Of a stretch of 64,000 bases of DNA, positions 48,519 through 61,715 are shown piece by piece (the stretch's first letter is position 1; the number at the start of each line of letters is the position of its first letter). The stretch lies in NCBI GenBank assembly GCA_051362555.1, contig CM120649.1, positions 7,254,001-7,318,000 on the forward strand, read 5' to 3'. Position numbers and translations under genes: made by a program. This DNA is from Lingula anatina. Its lineage: Eukaryota; Animalia; Brachiopoda. Below the pieces are notes generated by a model. That model was given only the letters and a program-made list of their open reading frames with translations. It made no database searches and was not told where the DNA came from.

Positions 48519-51500
48519 ATGATTGTTAAGGTAAGAATATTGAGAGTTTATTGTATTTCCTTTTTTATTATCGTTATCTGATTCGCAGCAAGCATCTTTG
48601 ACACAAAGCTCAGTTTTTTTTTTGAAAAATGACACTAGTTTTAGGTTGCAAGAATCGTTTTTGAACAATGACAATCGGAACTGTTCGGGAAAAAAACTAG
48701 AAAAGCACTCCGAGAGCGCAGACCTCCGCCAAGGCAGCGATTTTTGATTATTATTGATTATTGATTGATTATTGATCCGGATCACCACCAAAAGCTAATC
48801 ATCTCTTCCTTGGTCCACTTCTGACAGTTCCTGGAAATGTCATCAAAGACTGTCCATAACTTTCTGAGTTATGTTGATGACAAACAAACAGACAGACAGA
48901 CGGACAAACAGGGGTGAAAACATTACCTCCTTGGCGGAGGTAAAAAACAATTAACCCCATAGGGACTATTTAGTGCTGACGTAAAAACCTTCCCTGGGGC
49001 CAGTTTATGTGCATATGTACCTTTGGAAAGTGGGATTATTTAGATTTTGGTCCTAGATTAGTTTGCAAACATCACTTACACAAATTATATAATTTTAGAA
49101 AGCCAATAATTCAGGCTTCGTGAATATGATTTTATAAATGTAAAGTCATTTAAATGATTAGACTTATGTAGTTTTGAAAATTGAATTCTCTGAATTTGAA
49201 AGCTGGAGAGGAAAATCAAAAACTGCATGTTACAGTGCACAAATAGTTTATAATTTCCTTATATATCTGCTTGAAAATCTGTCATAGTAATGTTACATAA
49301 GTTAACTTTGAACTCAGAAAAAATCAGCATGATCCTAGTTTTAGTTTTTTTAGTTATTTGGAATTTATCATAATTTTTAGGTGGTGAGAAACCACTATTT
49401 TCTTTTTAGCTTTTGAAACATAGAATCACCTTTTTTTCACTCCACTTACCTTTAAAAATTCCCTAAAATAGTTAAAATGAGAAAAAAACTCGCTCAATGT
49501 GCACCATAGTCTTATTTCATAAATCGCTGCTTAAAGGGAACAGTATGCCAATATTCCAAGATATGCATATATGTGGTTCTGGGCCTTTGGGGTAAGTGAG
49601 AAATGAACCGCATGTATGCGGTGACTGTCTCTTTGGGGTTAATGCATATTTCAATTTACCTCTCAAATTGCAAAGTACACATGTACCTTACAGCCAGTGC
49701 ACAATGTATATACAATAATTGAAAGGTTTTTTTTTTTCTTCTCAAAGGGGATATTCTTTGTGGCCGTCTGCCTTTCGTTTTCAAATGGCCAGCTTGATAA
49801 TGCTGCGTATCCTGACGAATTCATATATACAGAAATGAAAGATGGCGTCACCTTCGAAGCCGGTTTCTCCACAAAAGCGGATGTTTCACCAGACAGCGTG
49901 GCATATCCGGTGTAAGTTATAACGAAACAAAATAAATCAATCTTGTACGCAGTCGACAAAGGCTGTTCCTATATATTCCAGTTGGGTTTTTAACCAAGCA
50001 TTTTTGCTATTTCCCAAAATGAATAAATAAAAACTAAACCACAACTGCCAAACAATTAATTTCATAATCGCGTAATTGGGTAGTTGGTTAACTCATTAAT
50101 TAAAAGGTTAATACGTAGATGAATAGAAATGAATTCAAAATCAATAATATCATGTTTTATAATATCTGCAATTGAGAGCGAAACGTCGACCCTTCTTTGT
50201 AGGTATCTATATCCATCCTTTTATCAATTTACATATTCATCTATTTTATTATTCATCAAGGAAAGAAATTGCCGAGGTATGTGCACTTTATGTGCCAGCA
50301 GAGAAAATTGAGGTAGAAGAGGCTCCCGCTCCCGCTGACTTGCAAGACCTTTCAGAAGCTGCCTTCAACGAAAAAGTTGCCTCTATTCTTCCTATCGGGT
50401 AAGGTGCATTTACCTGTCGTAGCGCCAGCGAGTATCATATACATACATACATTGGTAGGGTGGCTATTCTCAGTTAAGGTCATGAACCAAGTAAAAGCAT
50501 TTAACTTCTAGTAATCGTCGACCACAAGTAAATTAGAAAAAAGAATGTTAAACATCTAAAATGAAATGCACGGTCTGTAATTGATACCTCGTCAGGCAAG
50601 AATTACACTCATTGTACATGTGTATGTACATGTAGAAATAGTTGACCAATTTTGCATTCAATTTTGAAGTGCTATCCCCTTGGAAGTAAACAGGCTATGG
50701 TCATTTATCAAAATTTTAATGCTCCAACAAGATCAAGTCATCCAAATACATGTCTGATATCCTTGAGAAAAGACTATCGCTTGTAATACAGGCATATTTC
50801 ACGTTTCGTTTTCAGCGTGACAGAGTGTCCAGAGTACTACTTCCGGATCCTGCCATATTGGGTACGATGGCAAAATAAATGGTTTCCTGTGATTCGTTGT
50901 GGAATGGGCTGGTGGACGTGGATGTACTGTCCGTAAGTATATATATTGAGGATAATGTTATTACTCCATAAGGAGAAGCGTGTTAGGGTGCTTTCCCAGA
51001 GATTTAGATCGATCTAAAGATTAAGTTTTAGATCGACCTAACTCCCTGGGGGTTCAGGCTAAATTGCAGTCAGCCGAGCGGACACCATAGTTAATTACCC
51101 CCTTACAGCTTTTAGTAGGCGGGACAGACGCTTAAGCCGGCCAAGCTGACAGTAATCTATTGAAACTCCCCACAGGGATAGATCTATCTAAAAATCTATG
51201 GAAATGGGGTGTAAGTAGAGAGTATGCTTGAGATACATATTAATGCAGGAGATTATTAATAATTATATACAATGTACATTGAAATTATGAGTAAAAATTA
51301 AAACTTGAAAACGCTGACGGTACGAATCTCTATATAGTAATAATAGTAATGGATGGTCTCCTCTTTGAGTATGAAATAGTGCCTATCGCATCTGATATGG
51401 CCCTCTTTTCCTCGGTTTCTTATGCATTTTTGTCCTAATTCGTATTCTTTTTTGGTGTTTCAGTCCATTCAGCTGTTATCAAACCTTCAACTACAGTAAA

Positions 51501-51647
51501 ACGTTGAACTTCAAGGTTTGTGCCAGGTGCACCACGGAGTGGGGCTGGAGGCAGGTCTATATTTGGACCTGGTACAAGCCGATGTGGGTCTGGATCCGTG
51601 TGCCCACCGGATGTTGCTGCGGTCTCGCGTGGGGTTTCCTGTGTTAG
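48519..51647 (+). CDS. Secreted Trp/Cys-rich protein, copy 2, 204 aa; exons 48519-48530, 49748-49911, 50261-50398, 50816-50932, 51464-51647
   Basis: Same exon structure and phases as copy 1 (exon 3 is 6 nt longer); MIVKGIFFVAVCLSFSNG signal; ends WVWIRVPTGCCCGLAWGFLC*; AATAAA at 51764. Confidence 0.88.
48695..48943. mobile_element. HINE-like non-autonomous element in intron 1 of copy 2
   Basis: AACTAGAAAAGCACTCCGAGAGCGCAGACCTCCGCCAAGG ... (ACAG)n ... ACCTCCTTGGCGGAGGTAA; related to 13246-13490. Confidence 0.82.
48955..49638. mobile_element. piggyBac-like non-autonomous element
   Basis: TTAA on both flanks; TIR CCCCATAGGGAC / GTCTCTTTGGGG (10 of 12 match); absent from intron 1 of copy 1. Confidence 0.7.
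50986..51211. mobile_element. Foldback MITE, copy 3, in intron 4 of copy 2
   Basis: 226 bp, TTA/TAA flanks, near-identical reverse complement of 46679-46904. Confidence 0.88.
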
Positions 51648-52667
51648 AGATCAATGCTGAATTTTGCGGATCATTACTTTGCAGATACCATGAAAGACCC
51701 GCCATCCAAACACGTGTATTTTGAATTTTCTGCTGTGTTTGTGTTTTTTATTTTTATTTTTCAAATAAAAATGCGTTACCTTAAAGTTTTAACATTAAAT
51801 TGAATTAACTGTTTTTGTTTAATTGTTGTCAAAATAAGAAACAGTTTCTTGAATATTACACAATTGACGTGTTCAAATTATTCACAGGTGACAATGAGTA
51901 ACATGATGTGCATGATTTGAAAATGAAGAATAAATATTTGCAAAGTTATTATGATAAATGTTGGTTTTTTAGACAACTACTTTTTTAATTCATAAACAAA
52001 AAAATATATTAAATCCCTTTTTATGTATGACGATTAACTCTTTTCTGTAAAAAAAATTAATTAAAAATCTTATAGCATTAATTTAGACATTTTTCGTCAT
52101 AAAAACGGAGGAAGCTTTTGTGGGAAAGCTGTTTTTCATTTAAGTAACACAATGCGAAAATGTAACTTGTCGTCATAGTTTCCATCTATTTTATAAATAT
52201 CCGAATGATTTTAAGACTATGTTGTAAAATTTCTAAATATTATTTTTAACAATTTATACTTTATTGTGTTTAATTCAATCAAGTATTAGGAAAGTGTACA
52301 TTTTGCTCAACCCCAAAACATTACATCTGTCATGTTAAAATTGTCTGATCGTATTATTATCATCATAAATACCAAACCATAAATAATAAAATACACCAAA
52401 TGCATACTGATTCGGAGCTATCAGTAGATCAGCCAAAATTTAAGGGTATATTTTGGTGAAAAAAATTCAGGATTTGTAATTCTTCTGCATGCTTAGTAGA
52501 TGTAAGACTGCAAACAAAGTCATGAGTTACCCATGAGGTAAGGGCCACCTTTTTGCTTCCCAGAATAGTTTCTTGAATTTGGATGACGTTATGTATAATG
52601 ATACGCCTCCGCATCGTTACTCCCTTTCTTCAGTTTTTGAATGATTATTCGGAGAAGTTCTCACTTT

Positions 52668-53565
52668 TGGTCCTTGGATAGCATTTTTTGTTAGAAATTG
52701 TTGTATCTATCTTAAGGATTAAAGGTCAATACTTTTGTATGTCATATATAGAGCAGTGCGAGGGAATGTGAAGATTTGCTCAATACACCTGTTGTAAAGA
52801 CAGGAAAAACAAAATCCTTGAGACTTCTTGAGAAAGAACGCAATCAGAATTTGCTCGAAGGTTTTTGTTCAAATACAGGTATTACATAATGCTTGAGATT
52901 TCTTGGAAACGATAATGCGTGAGATGGGTGTTAGGTGGTAAAAGGTCTCCAAATTAGATTTATCCAGAAAAGACGCTTTAATTGAACTGTAACCCTTTTT
53001 CACATAAAGTATTACATGTGGTTTAAGTTGTTATAAAATGTTTTTTTTCAGTTTGGTAATGATACGAGATATGTAATTGCGTGACAATAGGTCATTTGTG
53101 GTACATGTATCATTACATATGATGTGAATCAAGGAGAAAATGGTATCGGAGGTAAAGGAAATTTACAGTATTCGTGTTATAACCCCCACAATTACACTAT
53201 TATATATATATATATATCTGGGATGGAGAACAGTGTAAGATTAAGAAAATATCAGTGATGCAAAAAATAATGCTAAAAAATTAATAAAATAAAAATAAAC
53301 ATTAACTGAGACGGAGGTTCGAAAGTGATCCTAACAGCAATAAGACCCATTGGAGAAAGAGAGAGAATGAGAAAGAGGGAGAGAGAGCAATAAGACATAT
53401 GGGGGGGGGATCATAAAAATAGGAGCAAAACAATCCATGGATTGTATATTTACGAGGATTTCTAATGTATAAGTGAGGGGGTACTAGTACGAGAGAAGAG
53501 TAAAAGTTGGTGAAGTCAAATGGGAATTGATGAAGAAAGTTGACATGCATATGTAATGACAGGGG
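52668..53565. repeat. Old dispersed repeat; direct relative at about 59900-60835 with further partial sub-repeats to about 61190
   Basis: Collinear blocks TGGTCCTTGGATA..TTTTTGTTAGAAATTGTTGTATCTA, GACAGGAAAAACAAAA.C.TTGAGACTTCTTG, GGATGGAGAACAGT, GGTTCGAAAGTGATCC. Possibly LINE-derived. Confidence 0.8.
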
Positions 53566-54579
53566 TTATTGAATATATAATCAAGAATAAAGATGAAAAT
53601 TAGACACTTTCGGATAGTTTTTGGTGTAGGGTTTAATTATTGTGAAAACGAATCTCTTGACATCAACAAGATAAAATTACAAAATTACCCGGACAATGCT
53701 TGAGGTTTTGTGGAAAAAGTTACTGCGTAATATGAGTGTTGGGCGGTGCAAAACAACATACATGTATACCTGATCAGTGTTTCAAGTATATTTGTACATG
53801 AAGTACCTACGAGGTACGCGTTATCACTACACTTCCCAAATACTTTGTTCCTTTCGGTTAGAAAAAATTTTGACATTACTCGCATTGAAACGTCTCCGCA
53901 TCTTTACTCCCTCAAATCAGTACTTTAGTTCACACACACACATCCACACACACGTCAAAACAACAGTAAAAAAATACAATGATAATAAAGTGGACACAAA
54001 ATATATTTTTCGATAAAAAAAGTGGTACATGTAACTGGTATACATAAGAGTTTGCTATGAGAAGTACCTATCTGCATTTGGTGAGAGCCACATAGTAGCA
54101 ATAGCAATAGTTAAATAAGCGCCATGTTCGGAGTGCCAGCTGATAAGTCAGTTACAAACTACTCTCTCCCAGGGACAAATATCGATTTTCACTTGCTATT
54201 CACAGATATAATTGAAAGCATCACTAAGTTGGCCACCGTAAGCGACAATTAACAAAAAGTGTAATTTCATACTATTACAGAAGCAGTGAGACATTTTTTT
54301 TTATCTGTTTAATGATTACATGCACATGAACACTTTTGTGGCGAAGGGAGTCACCGGGATACTCAACACTGGGAAAATAAAAATAATTATGCGATAAGGC
54401 TAATACATGTACATTATAATAACGTTATGCAAATTAACTGAAAAGATAGATGTAATTATTAAATGTGAGAATTATGTCGACTAAACCTCTAAAATGACGC
54501 ATGTTGCATACAGTGGACGATTCGTGTTGTATTTATACTCTCCACCAGAGAAGTGCCAGCCGGCGTGCACTAAGCTTTG

Positions 54580-55070
54580 CATTACACGTAATTAAAAATA
54601 AATGTATTCAAAGACATAATCATCTTCTCCTTTACCTTAGTTGTGCCTAATGATGGTATATCTTGATTGAACGATTTCAAATCATATAAAAAAGCACAGC
54701 GTTCATAATCTTTACATGCCAAAAGATAAACCAAGTTAATCAGCCAAAAATAGCTGTTAAACTGCACTCTTCTTCAAATTTCTTGTCAGAAATCTTCCCA
54801 TGCTTTCCAATGGTTTATGAATCCATTCCCACGTCCTAACTTAGGCCATGTTTGTTTTTTGAAGTGTGTTATTTTTTGTAATAATGTCTTAAGATATAAT
54901 AATGGGTACTTAATTCTGACAATGTCTTCGATTACCTGAAGTTTAGCGAGTGGTATCACCCTGTTTCTTATCAATCGAAGGTGACTCTTCTTTTTACCGT
55001 TTTATTCTTGACGTTCTAATATGCCTTCAGGTTTGTGAGTCTTTTTTATCAATAGTAAATATATGCATTG
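54580..55070 (-). mobile_element. Possible degenerate L1/Tx1-like LINE ORF2 C-terminal relic
   Basis: Fragments HWKAWEDF and LINLVYLLACK resemble Tx1-type ORF2 tails; weak. Confidence 0.25.
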
Positions 55071-57681
55071 GATCAGATGGGCATTCCATTAATGCCAGTT
55101 AACTCTCCGCTCTGCCAGTGGAGGTTGTAATGTTTTCATTAGCGTTTCTATATGTGGCATAATGCCAGCATTTCTGTAACTTTCCGCCGTCCGTTAAGGT
55201 GATGTATTCGGAATAGTTAATTAAGAGGAAAATAAGTTAATGCAAGTTCAACCGAATCCATTTCTCCTGATATGTTACAAGAATTATTATAGTTTGTTTG
55301 CGGAAGTCTACCTTCAATGAGTGCTGTGTATAGGTACACTTTTGTGCGTTGTGCATTCCACCAATGCCAGTAACGTGCATTCCGCTTATGCCACCATCGT
55401 CAGCTCTTCCAACGGAGACCATTGGGTTTTTATCGGCATTAGCACATGTTTGTTCCTTGACAAATATGTTTCTTGAGTAAAATACGTGAATATAAGTTCT
55501 GAATATATATGTGTGGATTCTGCCTTGGCGGACGTCTGCTTTCTGGGAGTACTTTCAAATCACTCGATGCAGAAAAAGTAAAAACTGGAAATGTCAAAGT
55601 TTTCCATTCCGTGGACGTCCTCGGCATACTGCTCTCACAGTCAATTATACAACAAAGTCTCTTTAATTTTGAATGGCATGACGCTCCATGGTTTAAATGC
55701 ATTAAACTGCAAAGATGCATTAAACTAAAAAGAAAAAAAAGAGAGACAATGCTGCACGCTTCAACAATCAGCTCCAAATCAATGTAGCAAAAAAAAAAAA
55801 AAAAAAAAAAAAAAACCCTTGAAAATTCCAGCGCTATTCCTTTAACCGAAAAGATATACCATAGCAAATGCTGATGAAAACTAGACATAACAAATGACAC
55901 AAATGCCGATATTAAAAAAATGAAATCCATTGAAACAGAATAAAATATATCTGGGCAAATAAGTTAGTGAATTTTTTTAATTTATCAAATTTTTCCCCAA
56001 TTTTAACCTCAAAGACAGGGAATTTGCAGCAGTCATAACATTGTTTTGTTGATATGTTACGAAGTGGTGAAACACACGGAAAAAATTGTGACAGAAAATC
56101 TCCCAATGAATTTGTCGAAAATTTTACCTATAATTTTACGCGTAGAAAGCTAATTATCTGCACTAAAACTGCCTTCTTAACGATTAAATGGCTTGGCGGC
56201 TAATTAGTACCCTCTACCAGGGCCACAGATTGATTTTGCACTTGATATTCACAGATATATATATATATGGCAATAATTCATGGCACATTTAACCACTGTT
56301 GGAGAAAAGTGCACGTTGTTCATCTGCGGCCATGAAGGAGGGAAGTGGTTTGAAATATCTCAGCTTAGCTTCAACATTTTAACACATTCACAATTTCTTT
56401 TGGAAATCTGACTATTTCTACATATAGGTGTCTCTGCATGCCTTCCATATATCACAGTCGTTAGTACAGGAATATAACAACACTGAGCAAGCACTTCTAT
56501 TGTTAATCAAACTATGTGTATAATAATTAAGAGAGAGATTATCTTACTTCTAAGACATAGCATGACAAATGGGGCTGGTTGTTAAGATGTACACGTACAT
56601 ACAGGGTATAATTGGAATCACCAATATAAGGGACAAGCCACATTATTGCAAGAAATAACTTATTAGAAGTTACATGTGAGAAGGTCGAATATATTTATGA
56701 AGCCAAATGTTCACAAGCATAACGAAGCTCTTTTTTTGCTCAAAGGTAAGCAAGATTAAGTCCACACGACTGAAAATTGGCATTTCTTAATGACCAAAAA
56801 TAGATACAAGGTTGCAAAAATGGGGGGATAATCAAACATCCCACCTACTACATAATAACTGCCTTAATATAAAATTATTAGGTTAGTGAGTGCAAACAAG
56901 ATTAATAAAGACAAATATGTGAAACAACAACAGTTAATTATAAGAGCAAAAAGTTGGCACAAAGAAAAAATAAGGGCCATTGGATGGGAGAGTAGCTCAC
57001 ATCCCCGCATTTTGAAATAAAACAATAAATACAGTTTTACGCTAATGGCGCGATTGTTGACAATACATGCAAGAAACGGGCAATTTTTATAGCTAAAAAA
57101 ATACAAAAATGCAGCTTTTTTCGTGCCCTCTAAATAAACAAAGCACCCCCGCAAATGGCGAGTTGCTTCTTAAGAGGTGAATGTCGGCAAAATAAAAGAA
57201 AGGAATTTTAGTAAAAAGCTCGACCATGCCTATTTTCGGAAGAAAAATAATGTAAAAATAAAATTAAAAAACAAAAAATTAATAACAAAATTGGGATTTT
57301 TTTGTTGAGAAGAAATACGAAATTACTTTACATCTTTGAAACAAACACCGAGGGAGCATGTACATTTTACCAACGGTAAAAAAACTAGGTCACGTCGCTA
57401 ATGCTTACATTATGTAGTCAAAATGGCAAAGCAGGCTTAAACCTGCATATCAATGGGCTTAATAATGAGTTCTATTTCCAAAAAAAATGTTAAAACTGGG
57501 CAAAACATTTACAATTATACTATTTGCTACGCTGCGGCCTTCAGCCTATTCTATAATAATAATAACAACAAATTATAAAAATATAATAATAAAAACAATA
57601 AGAGGAAAAACGTCAAACAAATATTATGCATATTGATCATTTACCTTGTTATGAAGGGCTCGTCTCTCCTGCTCGAGCAGA

Positions 57682-58899
57682 TCATTTGGTGGACATAGTT
57701 TGCACTCCTGGCTTTTGCCCTTCTATCTTTGCATTTCTGTTTCGTCCTGCCCCAGATTGCCTTTGTTTTTTCGGCTTTTGGTAGCAACATAACGATCTCA
57801 GAGTGTCTCTGAACTGTTTTCCAAAAAGACCGTAAATGAAGAAATTAATGCATGAACTCAGTGTAGAGAACAAGACTATAACTGGATATACAAAAGTCAG
57901 GCCTGGTCCTTCACCTATGCGATTGTTAAAAACGAGCCCAAAGAGAGCAGATAGGGTCATGGTTAAAGAGGCAGCCAAAGTGGTAATGGCGATGATCAAG
58001 GTCATCTTTATCAAAGTACGATGAACACCCAACTTGTGCATGGCAATCATAGTTGGATTCTTAGCAAGAGCCCTCATGTAGTGGGCCATTTTCACATTCA
58101 AGATAAAGACAATTATGAAAGGAACCAAGAATTGCACAAAAACGAAAGAAAAAAATATATACAATCTGTGGTATTCCGAAGCCGGAGTCATGGCGGCGAG
58201 ACAAAAAACCGGGGAGGTTGTGTTCAAGGGACAATTTCGCTCGGGCATTGACCCAAGGAAATATCGTGGGACATCGTTGAGAAAGGCAAAAATCACGACG
58301 CCGCCAACTCTTAACGCCCAAACTTTAATACTTGCCGTTGCTCCGCTTTGAAGGGCGTTCTCAGAGCAAATGTGCAGATAACGGTCCGCCGTTATGAGCA
58401 CTACTAACCAGGGTGGGATCAAGACAAGGGAATATTTCAACCCATAAAGAAGCCGGAAGTGTTTCATCCGGAAGAAAAAGAAGTTTTCGAACCACCCAGT
58501 ATACGGGTACATGGCCGGGACGGTGAAGTTGAAGATCACCGTTAAAATATGGATGTTATCGGCCACTGCCAAGCATATCAACAGGAAGACCGTCGGGGTC
58601 CGTTTCTCGAAACGTGAAAATACAGCCATCGAAAGACTATTGAGAATAAAGCCAACCACACCAACTAGAGAAATCCCAATTCCACTAAAAACGAAATAAT
58701 ACAGATTGATGAAAGCCAAATCAGGAATATCCTCTTGCTTTTCGTCTTCTTCAAGAAAAGAGCTTCCGTTTACGGACATCTCAGTCGCATTCATGGTTTT
58801 AAAAAACTCAAAGAAAATTGCAGAACAGAGGAAAGTGTTGCTAAGCCGTTCACAAGCTGGAGCAGTCTCAGTGCATGTCTTACTAAGTGAAACAAACAT
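57682..58899 (-). CDS. Class A GPCR, FMRFamide/peptide-receptor-like expansion family, single coding exon (start may be the second Met, MNATEMS)
   Basis: GISLVGVVGFILNSLS, LICLAVAD, DRY, NDVPRYF, QFLVPF, SCINFFIY..FGKQFR. Confidence 0.92.
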   Translation of the reverse strand: MFVSLSKTCTETAPACERLSNTFLCSAIFFEFFKTMNATEMSVNGSSFLEEDEKQEDIPDLAFINLYYFVFSGIGISLVGVVGFILNSLSMAVFSRFEKRTPTVFLLICLAVADNIHILTVIFNFTVPAMYPYTGWFENFFFFRMKHFRLLYGLKYSLVLIPPWLVVLITADRYLHICSENALQSGATASIKVWALRVGGVVIFAFLNDVPRYFLGSMPERNCPLNTTSPVFCLAAMTPASEYHRLYIFFSFVFVQFLVPFIIVFILNVKMAHYMRALAKNPTMIAMHKLGVHRTLIKMTLIIAITTLAASLTMTLSALFGLVFNNRIGEGPGLTFVYPVIVLFSTLSSCINFFIYGLFGKQFRDTLRSLCCYQKPKKQRQSGAGRNRNAKIEGQKPGVQTMSTK

Positions 58900-59899
58900 T
58901 TGTACCTGGTTGATGACTGACGTGTGACGTCTTACGCTTCAACCTGACCATTGGGGTTTGGTGAAATAGAAATCCGTCGGTAACCATTGACAACTTATTT
59001 TGATGAAAGTACGCCATACATGTTTTGCAAACTATACAACACTACACCTACAGACACGATGCTGTCCCAGATAATTTTCCCCACATGTTTGTTTTAATTT
59101 AGGTTTTCAGCAATTTTCTATTCTCATAGAATTGGCATGACAAATTATGAAAAATCATTTCCAAATAATGTAAAGTATTTATATTATGATTCTGCGAAAC
59201 CCTTCTTAGGTAGCAATGAACTTTTGGCTTGAACAATTACACTAGATCAACGGAAATTTCACTCTGTAATCGACGTGCTGTGACACTCATCTCATCTCAG
59301 TCTTCATGGTCTAGATTGATCCAGAAAGATGACTTAATTCTGCTGTAACTCAAGAGTACTTTGTAAGGCGTTTGATAAGGCGTATTTTCTCAGCAGGCTT
59401 CTTATTCAAAATGAAACTTCTGGGGCACACGTAATTGCCAAAATTTCCCACTTCTTCAATTACTGTTATTACTATCTATAGACACGCGTCGAAAACGCCA
59501 TGTGCCATCCACTCCAAAAAGTGTGCTTTTAATCACCATACATTATGCTCTAGCCGAAATAACTCTGTCGGCTATTTTATACACATTAAGTATGAGACCA
59601 ACCATGTTATTATTGAATTGTCTGTTTTTAACAGATCTTACAGATCTTCTGCCATGAAGATAATTCATTACGACTTGTCATATCTGTGGCATGCTTTGAC
59701 CATTTTAACAGTTCATGCCCCCCCACCTCTGCTTGCTCACATTTCCCCCCGTGAATCATACCCCCAGTGATCATGACCCCCCATGGGAACAGTCAGTTAA
59801 AATATGATCCATGATACGCCTTCTTCGATCACGTCAGTTTTTGAATGCTAACAAGAAATCAATTTTGGTTGGGAATGCGGCCTTTAACAAATTCTCACT

Positions 59900-61190
59900 T
59901 ATGGTCCTTGGATATAATTTTTGTTAGAAATTGTTGTATCTAGCTATCTTAAGGATTAAAGGTCAATATTTTTATAGGTCATATAAGAAGCAGTGTGAGG
60001 GGATAACTATGGAGGGGGGGGCGTCAAGGCAAGCATGATTTAATCAAGGCACCTTTTGTATAGACAGGAAAAACAAAACCTTTGAGACTTCTTGAGGAAG
60101 AACACAATCAGATTTGGCTCAAAGGTCTTTGTTCAAATACGGGGATTACATAATGCTTGAGATTGCTTGAAAACTAAACAGGGTATTATTATATGGGTGC
60201 TAGGTGGTACAAAACAATGTTTGTGGTTATCCGTGCATATATAGTACCAGATCAGTGTTTCAGAACTTCTGGCTAGAAGCCAAAAATGACAAATCAAAAT
60301 ATATGTCGTTGAAACCCAAGTTAAAAGTTTCAAATTAGGTTTGTCCAGAGTCGGTTAAATTGTAGTGAAACCCTTTGTCATTAATAGTATTGCCGGTACA
60401 TGTCATTTTAGTTGTTATAAAACATTTTTGCAGCTTGGTAATGATGCGAGATATGTAACTGTGAAAAAAGAAAATTTGTGGCGAGAAATGGTATCGAACG
60501 TAAAGGATATAAACAGTATTCGTAGCCCCCAAAATTACACTATTATATCGTTATTTCTAGGATGGAGAACAGTATATGATTAAAATAATATTAATGGTGC
60601 AAAAAACTATGATAAAAAATTTAAGACAGGGGTTCGAAAGTGATCCAAACAGCAATTAGACATATTGGAGAGAGAGACAGAGAGAACAATTTTTGGGGTA
60701 AGGCAATTTTAAAAGGTGCAGAACGACCCATGGATGGTGTATTTACGGGGATGTCTAATGCATGAAAGAGAGTTATAAGTGCGAAAGAAGAGTGAAGGTT
60801 AGTAAGGTAAAGTTGATGTGCATATATTATGACAGATATTATTTTGAATTTATATCTTTAGGATAAAAGGTCAAAATTGTGAGTGAATAACTATACGAGG
60901 GGGCGCAGCTAGGCAAGCATGATTTTCTCAAGGCACTTTTTGTAAAGACAGGAAAAACAAAACCCTTGAGACTTCTTGTAAAGCAACAGGATTCGCTCAA
61001 TGGTCTGTCTGTATAATCATCGTCGTCCAACTCAAGGAGATGAAGTACTTATGCAGCAAGACAATCATGATTTGCTTAGGGCACCTTTTGCAAAGACAGG
61101 GAAAACAAAACCCTTGAGACTTCTTGTGAAACGAAACAATCAGACTTTGCTCAAGGTTCTTTGTTCAAATACATGTATTGCATAATGCCA
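59900..61190. repeat. Second copy of the 52.7-kb dispersed repeat with locally re-duplicated segments
   Basis: AAGACAGG(A/G)AAAACAAAAC-TTGAGACTTCTTG-like block recurs at about 60060, 60944 and 61093. Confidence 0.8.
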
Positions 61191-61488
61191 GTGTAGTAAA
61201 TGGACACCCGCCCATGCATTCGCCCGACATCTGTAACTTTTTTCGCGTGTTGCTTTTTCATGTTGCCTGTCCGATGGTCAGGCTGTTGTCAGACAAAAAC
61301 ATTCCTGTGTTCGAAGTTAGATTGTATTCGGGTTGATTTCATCCAAAATCAGAATCGGGGCAGCTGTTACTACAAGCAAAGCAAACAGGCCATTGTAGTA
61401 TTTTTTTGTGATTGCGTTGTGTGATCTCACACTTAGTTTTTCATTGCTTCGGATGTGTGGACCTATTATTTAATTAAGCAGGAAATTA

Positions 61489-61715
61489 CAGACTTGACAT
61501 TTAATAGTTTCAAAGGTATGCCTAGTATAGGTAAAAATGCGTTCCTTTTTCAAAAGACTCAAATCTCATATAAGATATCTGAATGGAGACGTGTGTAGTC
61601 AGGTGTGTCGCTACCAATTCACTGGCTACCATGTCTGTTGCACTCCTTCATTATGTAATATGTAGTGATTTAATTGGGTTGTGCTCCTTTGGGCTGGTCA
61701 AGGCGCGGCAAGGCA
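61489..61715 (+). mobile_element. 5' fragment of the 18636 Tc1 family
   Basis: TACAGACTTGACATTTAATA...GTCAGGTGTGTC.CTACCAATT...GTGATTTAATTGGGT collinear with 18634-18870. Confidence 0.85.

Noticed and set aside
55439-55930. 163-aa Phe-rich ORF
   Set aside because: Driven by poly-A/T tracts; no domain features.
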